Below are positions 28,119 to 38,211 of a stretch of DNA of 64,000 nucleotides, in pieces. Position 1 is the stretch's first letter. Every line of letters begins with the position of its first letter. A program made the translations under genes and the position numbers. The DNA is from a virus. Its lineage: Duplodnaviria; Caudoviricetes. The stretch spans positions 160,001 through 224,000 of IMG/VR virus record IMGVR_UViG_3300021426_000063. One strand, 5' to 3'. The notes under the pieces are model-generated. The model saw only the letters and a list, made by a program, of their open reading frames with translations, did no database searches and was not told where the DNA came from.

Positions 28119-30197
28119 ATGGCAAAAACAACCGCTTTAAGTTTTATTGGAACTGCTTCCGAAAACTACATTCAGCAAATCACTGCTCTTGAAGGAACAT
28201 TTGATATTGCCCCAAAACATAAGATTGTATTTTATGATGGTGCTGGTGCTGTTTCAGGTATTGAATGGAATGGTACACAGGATTTGGAAGTTGTAATTCC
28301 TACTATTGCAGATCTTATAAAGGATCCTGTTAAGTTTGCTGGTACTGTTGATGCAGCAGATGGTACTATTACTTGGAAAGAAACAGGTCATACTGCTCAG
28401 ACTGGTGACTTGGTTTATATGACTGTTGATTGTACATTTAACACTATTGCTTGTGAGGCAGGTGATATGGCAATCTATGATGGTAAAAACTGGCATGTTG
28501 TTACTGGTGAGAACCAGGTAACTATCAATGCAACAGCTGCTACTGTTTCAGGTAATGACAATCTATTCTCAATCACAGGTTCAGCAAAGACTCTCCTTAC
28601 TGTTGAAGGTAAGACATTGAGTGTAAAGATTGATTATGCTGATGTAAGAAGTAAACTTGGTCTTGTATTTAATGATGAAGTTAATCGTAGTGTTGATAAT
28701 GCAAAGGTTACTGTTGATACAGTTAAACTTTCTGTTTCAAAAGTTGATGGTACACCTAGTGATATCACAACATCAGTAAGTTTTGATTTACCTACTGCTC
28801 TTGCAGATGGTACAGTTACTATTAATCAGAGTGTTCTCACTAGTGGAGACTTCACATTCGAAAGAGGTGTATTCCCTGCTGTTGTTAAGAATAGTGCATC
28901 AATTAGTGCAGAAGTATCAGGTAATTTGACAATTGGTAAGTCAAGTTTGGAAGATAGTGAAAATGGTGATTATGTTACTACTGTTGATGCTATCAAGGCA
29001 GTTTCATTTGCTCCAGCAACAGCAGCAAGTCATCAGTTTGCTTATGTTGCCAATGTATCAACAAGTGGTTCAAAATCATTTGTAAGTGGTCTTCACACAT
29101 TTGTAGATGGTACTGATGATCCAGCAAAGGCAGACTTCACTGTATATGGTGCTGTAACCGCAGCTGCTGCAAGTAATACATTTGCAACTGGTTGGGATGT
29201 AGAGGCAGCAACTGGTGAAGTTGTTTCATCAATCACTGTTGGTAATGTAACTATTGGTGCATCTAGTGCAAACAATGTTCTTGTAACTGGTCTTTCAGGT
29301 GAAGGTTCAACAGTTGTTACTGATGTAACATTTGGTTCAATCTCATTTGGTGCTGGTACAGACTTTGTAACTGGTCTTGGAAATACAGAGGCAGCAACTG
29401 GTGATGTTGTTACAACTGTTAGTTTTGGTACAACCTCTCTTGTTGAAGATTCAACAGTCACAGCAAAGTCAGCAGCAATTGTAAGTGCAACTGTAAGTAA
29501 TCATGTTCTTTCATTCACAACTGCTGACTTTATGAAACCTGTTAGAGTTGATGTTACTGGTCAGAGTGTTTCAAAGAAGGAATTCACAAAGGGTTCTGCA
29601 ACACTTACTGGTTTCAGCTTTACATCAGATGCATTAACATTTGGAGGTATCAGTCAGGCAGATACAACAATTTCTTACAAGAGTCTTTTGAAAGGTGAGG
29701 TTACTTTGACACAGGATTCTACTTTGTATTATCTTGATAAGGCAGCACAGGATCAGTATGTTGTAGAGATGTCTTATGCTGATTGGTCATTCACAGCAGC
29801 TACTGTATCAAAGAATACTCCTGTACTTAACAATCCAGGTTTGACAGCATACATTCCTGCTAACACAGTTGCTGTTTCTCTTACAGATGGTACATTACCT
29901 TCATTAACAATTGCTGATCCAACTAGTAAACTTACTGCTTCTGTTGGCACAGCATTGTCAACAGAAAAAGTTGCATTCTTGGCTGTTAGTTCTGATAAGA
30001 AGAATATTGCTATTCCTAGTTTCTCATTGGTTTCTGTTTCTGCTGAAGCAGATGGTATCAGTGTTGCTGTTGGAGGTAACTATGCTGTTACTGATGGTAC
30101 AGTTACAATCCTTTCAAATACATTTGTTAAAGGTGTTATGGTTGATGATTCTGCTGTTAGCACATATGTTGCTCCTACTCAAGAACAAGGTAACTAA
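28119..30197 (+). CDS. Putative tail fibre/spike-like structural protein
   Basis: 692 aa, T/V/S/G-rich; EAGDMAIYDGKNW module and internal EAATG.VV repeats. Confidence 0.6.
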   Translation: MAKTTALSFIGTASENYIQQITALEGTFDIAPKHKIVFYDGAGAVSGIEWNGTQDLEVVIPTIADLIKDPVKFAGTVDAADGTITWKETGHTAQTGDLVYMTVDCTFNTIACEAGDMAIYDGKNWHVVTGENQVTINATAATVSGNDNLFSITGSAKTLLTVEGKTLSVKIDYADVRSKLGLVFNDEVNRSVDNAKVTVDTVKLSVSKVDGTPSDITTSVSFDLPTALADGTVTINQSVLTSGDFTFERGVFPAVVKNSASISAEVSGNLTIGKSSLEDSENGDYVTTVDAIKAVSFAPATAASHQFAYVANVSTSGSKSFVSGLHTFVDGTDDPAKADFTVYGAVTAAAASNTFATGWDVEAATGEVVSSITVGNVTIGASSANNVLVTGLSGEGSTVVTDVTFGSISFGAGTDFVTGLGNTEAATGDVVTTVSFGTTSLVEDSTVTAKSAAIVSATVSNHVLSFTTADFMKPVRVDVTGQSVSKKEFTKGSATLTGFSFTSDALTFGGISQADTTISYKSLLKGEVTLTQDSTLYYLDKAAQDQYVVEMSYADWSFTAATVSKNTPVLNNPGLTAYIPANTVAVSLTDGTLPSLTIADPTSKLTASVGTALSTEKVAFLAVSSDKKNIAIPSFSLVSVSAEADGISVAVGGNYAVTDGTVTILSNTFVKGVMVDDSAVSTYVAPTQEQGN

Positions 30198-30216
30198 TCT
30201 TATGAAACATATTTTT

Positions 30217-30252
30217 AGAAAAGGACTTGAAAAATCAAGTCCTTTTCTTTTT
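30217..30252 (+). terminator. Intrinsic terminator fused to the next promoter motif
   Basis: AGAAAAGGACTTGA-AAAA-TCAAGTCCTTTTCT, T tract continuing as TTTGTTATATTT (30250-30261). Confidence 0.85.
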
Positions 30253-30284
30253 GTTATATTTAACATATATAATATTTTGTTTAT

Positions 30285-31289
30285 ATGGAACATAAAAAAC
30301 TTCAATTTTTAGTTCCCCAGTATAAAGAGACAGAAGAAATTATTTCTTTTCTTTTGGATTCCATAGAGTGTCAGGCTTATATTGATAAGAAGGATATAGG
30401 CATGATTATCTGTTCTGATGGTGGACAATATATTCTTGACAGAAAATTCCTTGATAAATACTCTTATGATATTGATTATGTCATCTGTAAGCACAGGGGT
30501 GTATCAGCAACCAGGAACACAGCATTCTTGTTGTCTGATGCAGATTATGTGATGTATTGTGATTCTGATGATGGATTCTGTAACACCTTTGCTCTTAAAA
30601 TCATATTTGAGAATATCAAGATTAGTGAAGATGAAGGAAAACCTTTTGACTTATTGAGTTCCAAGTTCTATTCTGAAAAGACTGTTACAGAGAAAAACAA
30701 GTTATGGGCATTGAGTATTGTTGACCATAATAACATCTATATACACAGTCGGGTTTACAGGAGAGATTTCTTGGTCAAGAATGGTCTTTACTTCAATGAG
30801 AACATCTGGGCCAATGAAGATAGTTTCTTCAATATAACCACCAACTTCTTCTCAAAGAATACAAAGGCATTGAACATTCCAATTTATTGTTGGAGAGGTA
30901 ATCCTTTGTCAGTTACTCATGATCCAAAGTACATAATGAAGACTCTTCATCAATTATTGTATTCCAATGACAGTGTTGTTGAAGTGATGCTGTTATTGAA
31001 TAAAGACAAGAAGGAGATTGCAAAAACAACATTTGATGTGATATGCAAGTTGTATCTGGATATGAACAAACCTTGTTGGTATGAACCGGAGAATGAAGAG
31101 TATAAGGATATTACATTAAAGACATTGAAGTGGTATCTTTTGAAGAGAGGTAAGTTGTGTGAGGTGTTAACTGATGATGAAAAGAAGGAAGTTCTTCAGG
31201 GTGCCAGGAAGACTGAACATTACAAGAACATTGAGAGTATCACATTTAATGATTTTATAAAATGGGTTATTAATTATGAAAAGAAATAG
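30285..31289 (+). CDS. Glycosyltransferase family 2
   Basis: LVPQYK, CSDGG, HRGVSATRN, YVMYCDSDD (DxD), NEDSFF. Confidence 0.88.
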   Translation: MEHKKLQFLVPQYKETEEIISFLLDSIECQAYIDKKDIGMIICSDGGQYILDRKFLDKYSYDIDYVICKHRGVSATRNTAFLLSDADYVMYCDSDDGFCNTFALKIIFENIKISEDEGKPFDLLSSKFYSEKTVTEKNKLWALSIVDHNNIYIHSRVYRRDFLVKNGLYFNENIWANEDSFFNITTNFFSKNTKALNIPIYCWRGNPLSVTHDPKYIMKTLHQLLYSNDSVVEVMLLLNKDKKEIAKTTFDVICKLYLDMNKPCWYEPENEEYKDITLKTLKWYLLKRGKLCEVLTDDEKKEVLQGARKTEHYKNIESITFNDFIKWVINYEKK

Positions 31290-32202
31290 AACAGAATGGG
31301 TAATACATGTCTGGGGAAAGAAGAGAGATACCCTGGAACTGAATGATGTTGAGAAATTCCATATTGATATGTTGCGAATGTTTCAGTCGCAACAGAAGAA
31401 GTTTGATAAGATACTTATCAATATTGCATTGTATGATGTCAATGATATGAACCTCTTCAATTTCTTGAAGGAAAAGATTTCAGAGGTATTGGTTAATGAC
31501 AATGTTGAGTTCAAGTATTGTCAGAATGACCCAAACAAAGGAGAGTATGTCACATTCAGACCATATGTGTTTGACAGGATTGGTGAGGATGTGAATGTGT
31601 TTTATTCACACTTCAAAGGTTATGCGACACATGTGAGTTTGATTAGAGAATCATTTCCTGTAAGGGTTGTTAATCTGTGTGAGTTGTTCTGGTCATATAT
31701 AATGTATAGATATTCATTGGACATCAAGGATGTTAATGAAAAACTAAAAGACCACAGTACATATTGTTGGTATGTCTTTAAATGTGAACAGAGTGAGACT
31801 GGTGTCTTCTGTGAAAAATATAATAGTATTCTCAATAGTGTAGATAATAATTTTGAAAAGTATGTGAAGGATAAACTTCATAAACATTCTCCTGGAAGTT
31901 TTGCATGGTATAATCTCAAAAGGATTGGTGAACAATTAAAGGATGTACCTTATGTAACACAGATTCCAACAAGTGTTTTGGAAAAGGAATGGGATGGGAC
32001 TTTACAATTATGTACACATTTCAGTGAAGTTTACATAATGCAATTCCTTGATGAGAAGGAATGTTATTCTGTAAAAAATTACGACAAAGAATTGTCAGAG
32101 GATATTAATCCATTATATATTACAATTTATCCATCAAAGAAGTTTGGAGAAGAGTACATAAAGGATTTTGAAAAGTATTTAATTGATAATAATTTGTTCT
32201 AA
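31276..32202 (+). CDS. Putative glycosyltransferase-like protein (YxHxKG motif)
   Basis: NKGEYVT...VFYSHFKG...W...M...PGSFAW pattern; overlaps the GT2 stop. Confidence 0.5.
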   Translation: MKRNRTEWVIHVWGKKRDTLELNDVEKFHIDMLRMFQSQQKKFDKILINIALYDVNDMNLFNFLKEKISEVLVNDNVEFKYCQNDPNKGEYVTFRPYVFDRIGEDVNVFYSHFKGYATHVSLIRESFPVRVVNLCELFWSYIMYRYSLDIKDVNEKLKDHSTYCWYVFKCEQSETGVFCEKYNSILNSVDNNFEKYVKDKLHKHSPGSFAWYNLKRIGEQLKDVPYVTQIPTSVLEKEWDGTLQLCTHFSEVYIMQFLDEKECYSVKNYDKELSEDINPLYITIYPSKKFGEEYIKDFEKYLIDNNLF

Positions 32203-32206
32203 AAAG

Positions 32207-32241
32207 AAGAGGGATGATTTCAACAGTCATCCCTCTTTTTT
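32207..32241 (+). terminator. Intrinsic terminator followed by late promoter
   Basis: AAGAGGGATGA-9 nt-TCATCCCTCTT plus T tract, then CATAAATA at 32243. Confidence 0.8.
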
Positions 32242-32254
32242 CCATAAATATAAT

Positions 32255-33184
32255 ATGATTACAGAAGAGATTAAATTCATAAAAACTACTCCATCAAAAT
32301 TGGAGTCAGAGAATGTACAGGAAGATTATCCTAATTCATTCATCCATACACATAATGAGAATGGTGATGACCAGTTGTATATTGGTGAAGACAGGATTAC
32401 AGACAATCTGAACATTGGTAACACAGATCCTGCTATGCCAACCAGGAAGATTGGTGGTCTCCAGGCTTCTACCATTGGTGCATTACAACAGAGGACATTG
32501 AGTGATATTGTCATTGATATACTCAAACCAGATGTTGTTGAACCAAGTGTGAGTACACATGCTGGTGTAAGTATTTCTTATGTTGGGACAAAACTTATTG
32601 AGGCTGGTACATCACTTCCTGAGAAGTCACAAATCACATCAACAATAGTTAATGGTGCTTGGTCTGATGGTACACCTTATTCTGGAGGAAGTGGAAATGA
32701 AACATTGACTATGAGTCCAGATAAATGGGGACAACCAGCAGAAGAAGGAAAGTATAGTATTTCAGAAACTGTTGAGTTCACAGAAGGTGGAATACCAAAG
32801 GATAATTTTGGAACACCTTATCCAAATAAACAATATCATGGTGATGTTAAAAGTTCAAACACAATAACCATAACTGCTGTTGAACCTATGTATATCAATG
32901 ATGGTGATGATATTGAGTTAATGGTTAAACATCTGTATGATTATATAACAGGCCAGACAATAGATATAGTAATCCCAGAAGAATCAGAAGAACTTCATTT
33001 TATGGTTGTTGTCCCAGAGGAGTTCACAACATTTACAGTTAAGCAGTTCAATCCTTTGACACAAACATATGATATTGATATACCAATGAAATTTGTTTCA
33101 GGTAATGATTCATATTATGTAAGGGATGATGATAGTTACACAAATACATTAAGTACAAGATATAAAATTAATTTCAAGAAATAA
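32255..33184 (+). CDS. Putative structural/fibre adaptor protein
   Basis: ATG at 32255 after the late promoter; beta-rich; C-terminal domain resembles that of 60694-62334. Confidence 0.6.
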   Translation: MITEEIKFIKTTPSKLESENVQEDYPNSFIHTHNENGDDQLYIGEDRITDNLNIGNTDPAMPTRKIGGLQASTIGALQQRTLSDIVIDILKPDVVEPSVSTHAGVSISYVGTKLIEAGTSLPEKSQITSTIVNGAWSDGTPYSGGSGNETLTMSPDKWGQPAEEGKYSISETVEFTEGGIPKDNFGTPYPNKQYHGDVKSSNTITITAVEPMYINDGDDIELMVKHLYDYITGQTIDIVIPEESEELHFMVVVPEEFTTFTVKQFNPLTQTYDIDIPMKFVSGNDSYYVRDDDSYTNTLSTRYKINFKK

Positions 33185-33187
33185 TAT

Positions 33188-36100
33188 ATGCCAAAAACAT
33201 TCAAAGGTTCAATTGACTTTACTTCCAATTTTAATGTCCAGACCACAAGGCCATTGGATGTTAGATTGGTTGTAGATAGTTTTGATGACCTGACAAATGG
33301 TTCTATTGAAGCACCATATCAGGGTATGGTGGTGAATATTGCCGGCACATCTGAACTCTGGGTTTTACAGACTTCAGGTATTGAAGCATCAAGGAATCCA
33401 AGAAACTGGAAATTGGTTACTGGTTCTGGTGGTTCTGGTGGAGATGGTCTCTCAAAGTATTCACTTCCTGTTATGACACCAGAGATGGCAGATCATGCTA
33501 CTGCCAATCCAGATGTTGAGTTTGATGAATCAGAAGACCCATATATAGAGATTAGTTATGATCCTACCACACCATCACACACAGAGAGTGATGATGTGTA
33601 TATGAGTATGATTTATGATATGACCCGGGCAATCAGGTCTCTCCAGGCTGAGGTTACCAGGTTGAAGAACTCATTTGAGTATGGTTTTGATTCATACAAT
33701 AACACAAGGACTGCCAAATCTGTACAACTTGGTTCAATGAATGATATTGAAAGTGTTGAACCATTATGGGCACTTGATCCAGAGGTTGGACTTTCATTGG
33801 TACCAGACAGTGCAATCTTCAATACACTCCTTGATATCAACCACAAGTTTGCCAAGATTGGTCCTGGTGTAATAGATACCAATGTTGAAGGACAACTTAC
33901 ATTCAATGATTGTAAGGGTGTCTTCTATGATGGTAATGAAGATGGTGCAACAGATGAAAAACTCACATTGTACCACTTGAAGGATTCCAAACTGGTTACA
34001 TATTTGGTCACAGATAAACCAACCATCAAGATGACTCTTGTATCAATGGATGACAAGACCAGGACCAGGGAGATTGATTTTGAACCATTGATGAATGGTA
34101 ATTCTGTAAGCAAGTATGGTTTCTGTGTTATATTAAGTAGGAAGCAGACAGTTGATGATGAAGAGAAAGGATTCAATTATATCTATTTTTCAATCATCAA
34201 CTACAAGAATAATGAGAAACTTTATGAAGGTTATTTGACAAGTAATGGTACATTGACTGATACAAGGGTTGATGTATCAGAAAGATATTCAATCCAATCA
34301 ATAGAGTTTGACAGACTCACACTTTCAAGGATGGTATTCTATACCAAGTTTGAGGATTTCACTGAAGAGGTTATTCCTTCTGTACCAAGTGAAGATGATT
34401 GGAAGTATGATGTTGCACATATTGCTATCAGGTCTGTGAAGGATTCAGAGATGTTGAATAGTATTGCCAACCAATTAAGAGATAATGAATTGATTTGGAA
34501 CAAGAAAGCAGGTACATTGCACATCAAGTCAGATGGTAAGATACATGTTATCGGAGCCAAGTCTACCCCAGATGATAAACCAAAAGATAATGATATGACA
34601 GATAGAGAAATTTTGGCAGCCCTTGAGAGAATGGGTATTGTCATAAATGTTAAGTACAAAGTTGAAGATGGTGAGGAGACTGATGATATTGAATCATTAG
34701 AGGATATGTCATTAGCACCTATCTCTGATTTCACATTTGTAAACCAGGAGACTGGTAAGAAGTTTACCTTTGCTGTTGATACAGAAGGTAATCTTACTGG
34801 AAAAGACAATTCTGCAACTACCATTAAGGAGTTTATGGATAGTCTTGGAACAAGTGCTGGTAACTATGATGCTGATAGTTACCAGGCTGTAAGAGGATTC
34901 ATTGCAGATTATCTTGCAAGGAAGAATAAGAAGTACAACATTTCTGATGGTGTGAATAAGACTGGTGATGCCGGTAAGTTGTCAGATAGATTGAGGATTT
35001 CTTCATTCTATGCACCTATCACAACAGATGAGGTACATGGTTGTACACACTCATTCATTGAGTTGGAGAATACATCAGAGGTTGATATTCCTTTGACTGG
35101 TATATATCTCCACTTCTACAACCCATCAGAGAATGATTATGAAGGTGCAGTACATCATCTTGCACTTGATGGTGTATGTCCTGCTGGAGGTACTTACCTC
35201 ATCAGAGGTGCAAAGCATGCAGAGTTTGATGATGAATCTGCATTCATCAAGGTGAAGACTTTTGATAAGGAATGGTATGAGAATGGTAGTCCTGTATCCT
35301 TTGAACAGGAACCAGTGAAGACTGTTGTTGTTGATTCAACAGAGAAGGTTGCTGATGACAGTCTCATCAAGACTGCATACAGGTTCTGCCTCACTTATGG
35401 TCTTCCTACATTGAGTGCAGACACAATTCTTGTACAGAGGAACACTGGTGGTGTAATCATCAATGGTGCAGAGTATGATGCAACAACATATCCTAATATT
35501 ATTGTTAATCCAAGATTTATTGATTCTTGCTCATACTCAACCTTTGCTGCTGTATCAGCATTGTCAGATGAGAAGAACCCTTGGTATGCAAAGGGTGATG
35601 CAAAGGGTATTGGTATCACCATTGCAAAGAACTCAATGTTCAGATTAATGTTTGCATTGGATCCAGCAAAGCAGGCATTCAATGGATTCAACACAAAGGA
35701 TAGTTCCCGTGTAAGATATAATAAAGCAACTGATATTCAGATACTTAATCTTGACAAGGAGTTTATTGGATATCCATTCAGTAATGAGACTATCAAGATT
35801 GACAGATATACACCAAAGGCATCCTTTGAAAAGAGGAATGTTATGACTGATAAGTCACAACTCAACAGGGAGAAACCTAATATGGTTACTTGTTCATTTG
35901 GTGTTGATGTTTATAACACAAGATGTTTCAACTGGATTTCTTGTGGTGCATTTGATGAGTATGTATGGGTAAGGAAGCAGGGAGAGACTGCTTGGAATAA
36001 GTTCCAGTCATACACAAAGGTATCTGCTGATATAGAAGAAAAGACAACAGCAATCCACAGGAAGGAGTATCCAATGATTGTTAACAATGCTGGATATGCA

Positions 36101-38203
36101 AGGATGATTAACAGATTCCCTGGTAATGATGTTCTCTTTACATCACACAAGTGTGTTATTGTTCTTCCAGATGCAACAACCGATCCAGAGAAGTATGAGT
36201 ATGTAGTTGGTAGACCAGACAAGGATGGTAATCCAGATTTGGAACACACAAATGAAACCTTCACATTCACAATCTATCCAAGGACTTATGAAGGTAGAGT
36301 ATATCAGATTACTGACCAGCAGGGATTCCATTGGATTGAATATCAGGTATGGGCTGCATCAGCAGAGTTCTTGAATACAAAGATAGAATCAGAGTGTAAT
36401 GCAATCAATAGTGTTGCTGGTAACACAAAGGTATTTCCTATCCTTCTCAACACTGGTGATATGACCCAGTCTGGTGCCCGTATCAATGAGTGGTTGGATT
36501 ATTATAATGGAGGTAAGAGTTTGTTCAATCATATGGAACAGATGAACTGTGTAGGTAACAATGACCTTTGTCCTATCAACCCAAGAGAACTTGGTACAGG
36601 TAATGATAATGATAAGTCAAGCTCACACTTCTTCCATTACTTCTATTGCTTCGATGTGAAGGATACAGATAAGTATGATTCTGCTTCAGCAGAAGACAAG
36701 AAGTTCTTCTCTGGTGAGACACTTGTTGTAAAGGCACACACAGGTTCAGTTGGTTCTGGTGATTCAGCAGTTAATATCAATAATAAGGAAGACAGGTTCA
36801 TCCCTTCATTCTATTATTTCAAGACCAATAAGGTTCTTTATGTGATGGTTAATTCAGAGATTCCTATCTCTAACTGTCAGAAGTGGTTTGGACTTTGTTC
36901 AGCAGATCATCAGTATGTGAACATCTATACTGGTATTGAGTCTGTTCCAAATGGTAAGTATGCTGGTAACAATGATTACTTCACACCATTATATGAGACA
37001 ATGTATGCTTGGTTGAAGTCAAATCAGGATGAAGGCAACAACAGCAAGAAGGTCATTGTTGCAATGCATGAGATGCCATTCACAGTTATCACAAAGGTAT
37101 CTTTGGATAATGCATCACAGAAACAGTTACCTTGTACAAGAAACCACCCTACAAAGGCAGGTAGACTTGGATCCAATGTCAATCAGTTGAGTATTGATGA
37201 GAACAGGGGTATCTACTGGTGTTCAAGACTTCTTGAATACTTTGGATGTAAGTTGGTGATTGGTGGTCACAAACACACATATGCTCTTTCTTATCCTGTT
37301 AAGGAGAAGTACAGTTGGACATACAATGGTGTTACAAAGGACAGTGCCACTGAAATCAAGCCAATGTTTGCTACCCTTGTTGATGAAGCTGGTGCAACAC
37401 CAACATATGAAGTATCCTGGGATATTGACATCACAAATGATGATGTGAGAAATGAATATCATATCACAACAACAAGAGAGGGTGATAATGGTGTTCCTAA
37501 CACAGTAAAACTCAATAGTACAAAGACTCCATATGTTCCTGAAAATCTTTATCTTGGATATGGTAAGGATGCTTATGAGAAATCAAATAGTGGATTGTTC
37601 CGTTGCTGTACTCCATTGACAGTAACCAACAATGACAATTATGATGGATTTGTAACCTATTCAATGTGTCAGGCAACAGGTTATAAGTTGAAATCAAACA
37701 AGGAGTTACCATCAGAGGTTCAGGTATTCTCAAAGATTATTCCTTTGACCACACATGGTGCAAGTGATAGTCCTAGTGCTGAACAGTTGTATCCAATGTA
37801 CAGTGTACTTGAATTTAACAATGACTGTTCAGAGGTTGATGTTACAATGAACCGTATCACAGGTATCTTCAAGAAAGATGGTGCAGATAAGTTTGACCAG
37901 TTGAACTATGGTTCAAAGGAAATGACCAAACAATGTCTCTGCACATTTGAGAAGGAAGATTGTACAGCATTTGGTACATATGCTGAAAGACATGGTGAGA
38001 ATGATGGTGATACATATTATGCAACTGATCAGAACAAGATTTACCAATACAATGTATCAGAGAGTGGAAACACTTGGACATTGTTCAACAAGAGGATGTA
38101 TGGTAAGTGGTTGAAGGAAAAAGATGCAAAGGCAAGATTGGATGAATATAAGGCAAATCCTACAACTGCTTCAGATAACAGATATTTACACATTAAATTT
38201 TAA
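33188..38203 (+). CDS. Large protein: fibre N-module + lamin-tail-like domain + purple-acid-phosphatase-like metallophosphoesterase
   Basis: PLDVRLVVDS N-module; LTD-like SFIELENTSEVDIPLTGIYL; FN3-like TRCFNWIS; TDQQG, NTGDMTQ, VGNND, MHEMPF, GGHKHTY. Confidence 0.75.
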   Translation: MPKTFKGSIDFTSNFNVQTTRPLDVRLVVDSFDDLTNGSIEAPYQGMVVNIAGTSELWVLQTSGIEASRNPRNWKLVTGSGGSGGDGLSKYSLPVMTPEMADHATANPDVEFDESEDPYIEISYDPTTPSHTESDDVYMSMIYDMTRAIRSLQAEVTRLKNSFEYGFDSYNNTRTAKSVQLGSMNDIESVEPLWALDPEVGLSLVPDSAIFNTLLDINHKFAKIGPGVIDTNVEGQLTFNDCKGVFYDGNEDGATDEKLTLYHLKDSKLVTYLVTDKPTIKMTLVSMDDKTRTREIDFEPLMNGNSVSKYGFCVILSRKQTVDDEEKGFNYIYFSIINYKNNEKLYEGYLTSNGTLTDTRVDVSERYSIQSIEFDRLTLSRMVFYTKFEDFTEEVIPSVPSEDDWKYDVAHIAIRSVKDSEMLNSIANQLRDNELIWNKKAGTLHIKSDGKIHVIGAKSTPDDKPKDNDMTDREILAALERMGIVINVKYKVEDGEETDDIESLEDMSLAPISDFTFVNQETGKKFTFAVDTEGNLTGKDNSATTIKEFMDSLGTSAGNYDADSYQAVRGFIADYLARKNKKYNISDGVNKTGDAGKLSDRLRISSFYAPITTDEVHGCTHSFIELENTSEVDIPLTGIYLHFYNPSENDYEGAVHHLALDGVCPAGGTYLIRGAKHAEFDDESAFIKVKTFDKEWYENGSPVSFEQEPVKTVVVDSTEKVADDSLIKTAYRFCLTYGLPTLSADTILVQRNTGGVIINGAEYDATTYPNIIVNPRFIDSCSYSTFAAVSALSDEKNPWYAKGDAKGIGITIAKNSMFRLMFALDPAKQAFNGFNTKDSSRVRYNKATDIQILNLDKEFIGYPFSNETIKIDRYTPKASFEKRNVMTDKSQLNREKPNMVTCSFGVDVYNTRCFNWISCGAFDEYVWVRKQGETAWNKFQSYTKVSADIEEKTTAIHRKEYPMIVNNAGYARMINRFPGNDVLFTSHKCVIVLPDATTDPEKYEYVVGRPDKDGNPDLEHTNETFTFTIYPRTYEGRVYQITDQQGFHWIEYQVWAASAEFLNTKIESECNAINSVAGNTKVFPILLNTGDMTQSGARINEWLDYYNGGKSLFNHMEQMNCVGNNDLCPINPRELGTGNDNDKSSSHFFHYFYCFDVKDTDKYDSASAEDKKFFSGETLVVKAHTGSVGSGDSAVNINNKEDRFIPSFYYFKTNKVLYVMVNSEIPISNCQKWFGLCSADHQYVNIYTGIESVPNGKYAGNNDYFTPLYETMYAWLKSNQDEGNNSKKVIVAMHEMPFTVITKVSLDNASQKQLPCTRNHPTKAGRLGSNVNQLSIDENRGIYWCSRLLEYFGCKLVIGGHKHTYALSYPVKEKYSWTYNGVTKDSATEIKPMFATLVDEAGATPTYEVSWDIDITNDDVRNEYHITTTREGDNGVPNTVKLNSTKTPYVPENLYLGYGKDAYEKSNSGLFRCCTPLTVTNNDNYDGFVTYSMCQATGYKLKSNKELPSEVQVFSKIIPLTTHGASDSPSAEQLYPMYSVLEFNNDCSEVDVTMNRITGIFKKDGADKFDQLNYGSKEMTKQCLCTFEKEDCTAFGTYAERHGENDGDTYYATDQNKIYQYNVSESGNTWTLFNKRMYGKWLKEKDAKARLDEYKANPTTASDNRYLHIKF

Positions 38204-38211
38204 TTGAGATT

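Noticed and set aside
18195-30312. Alternative-frame and antisense ORFs rich in V/Q/L/H
   Set aside because: Shadow ORFs produced by biased codons of the S/T/G-rich genes; no promoter motifs or domain signatures.
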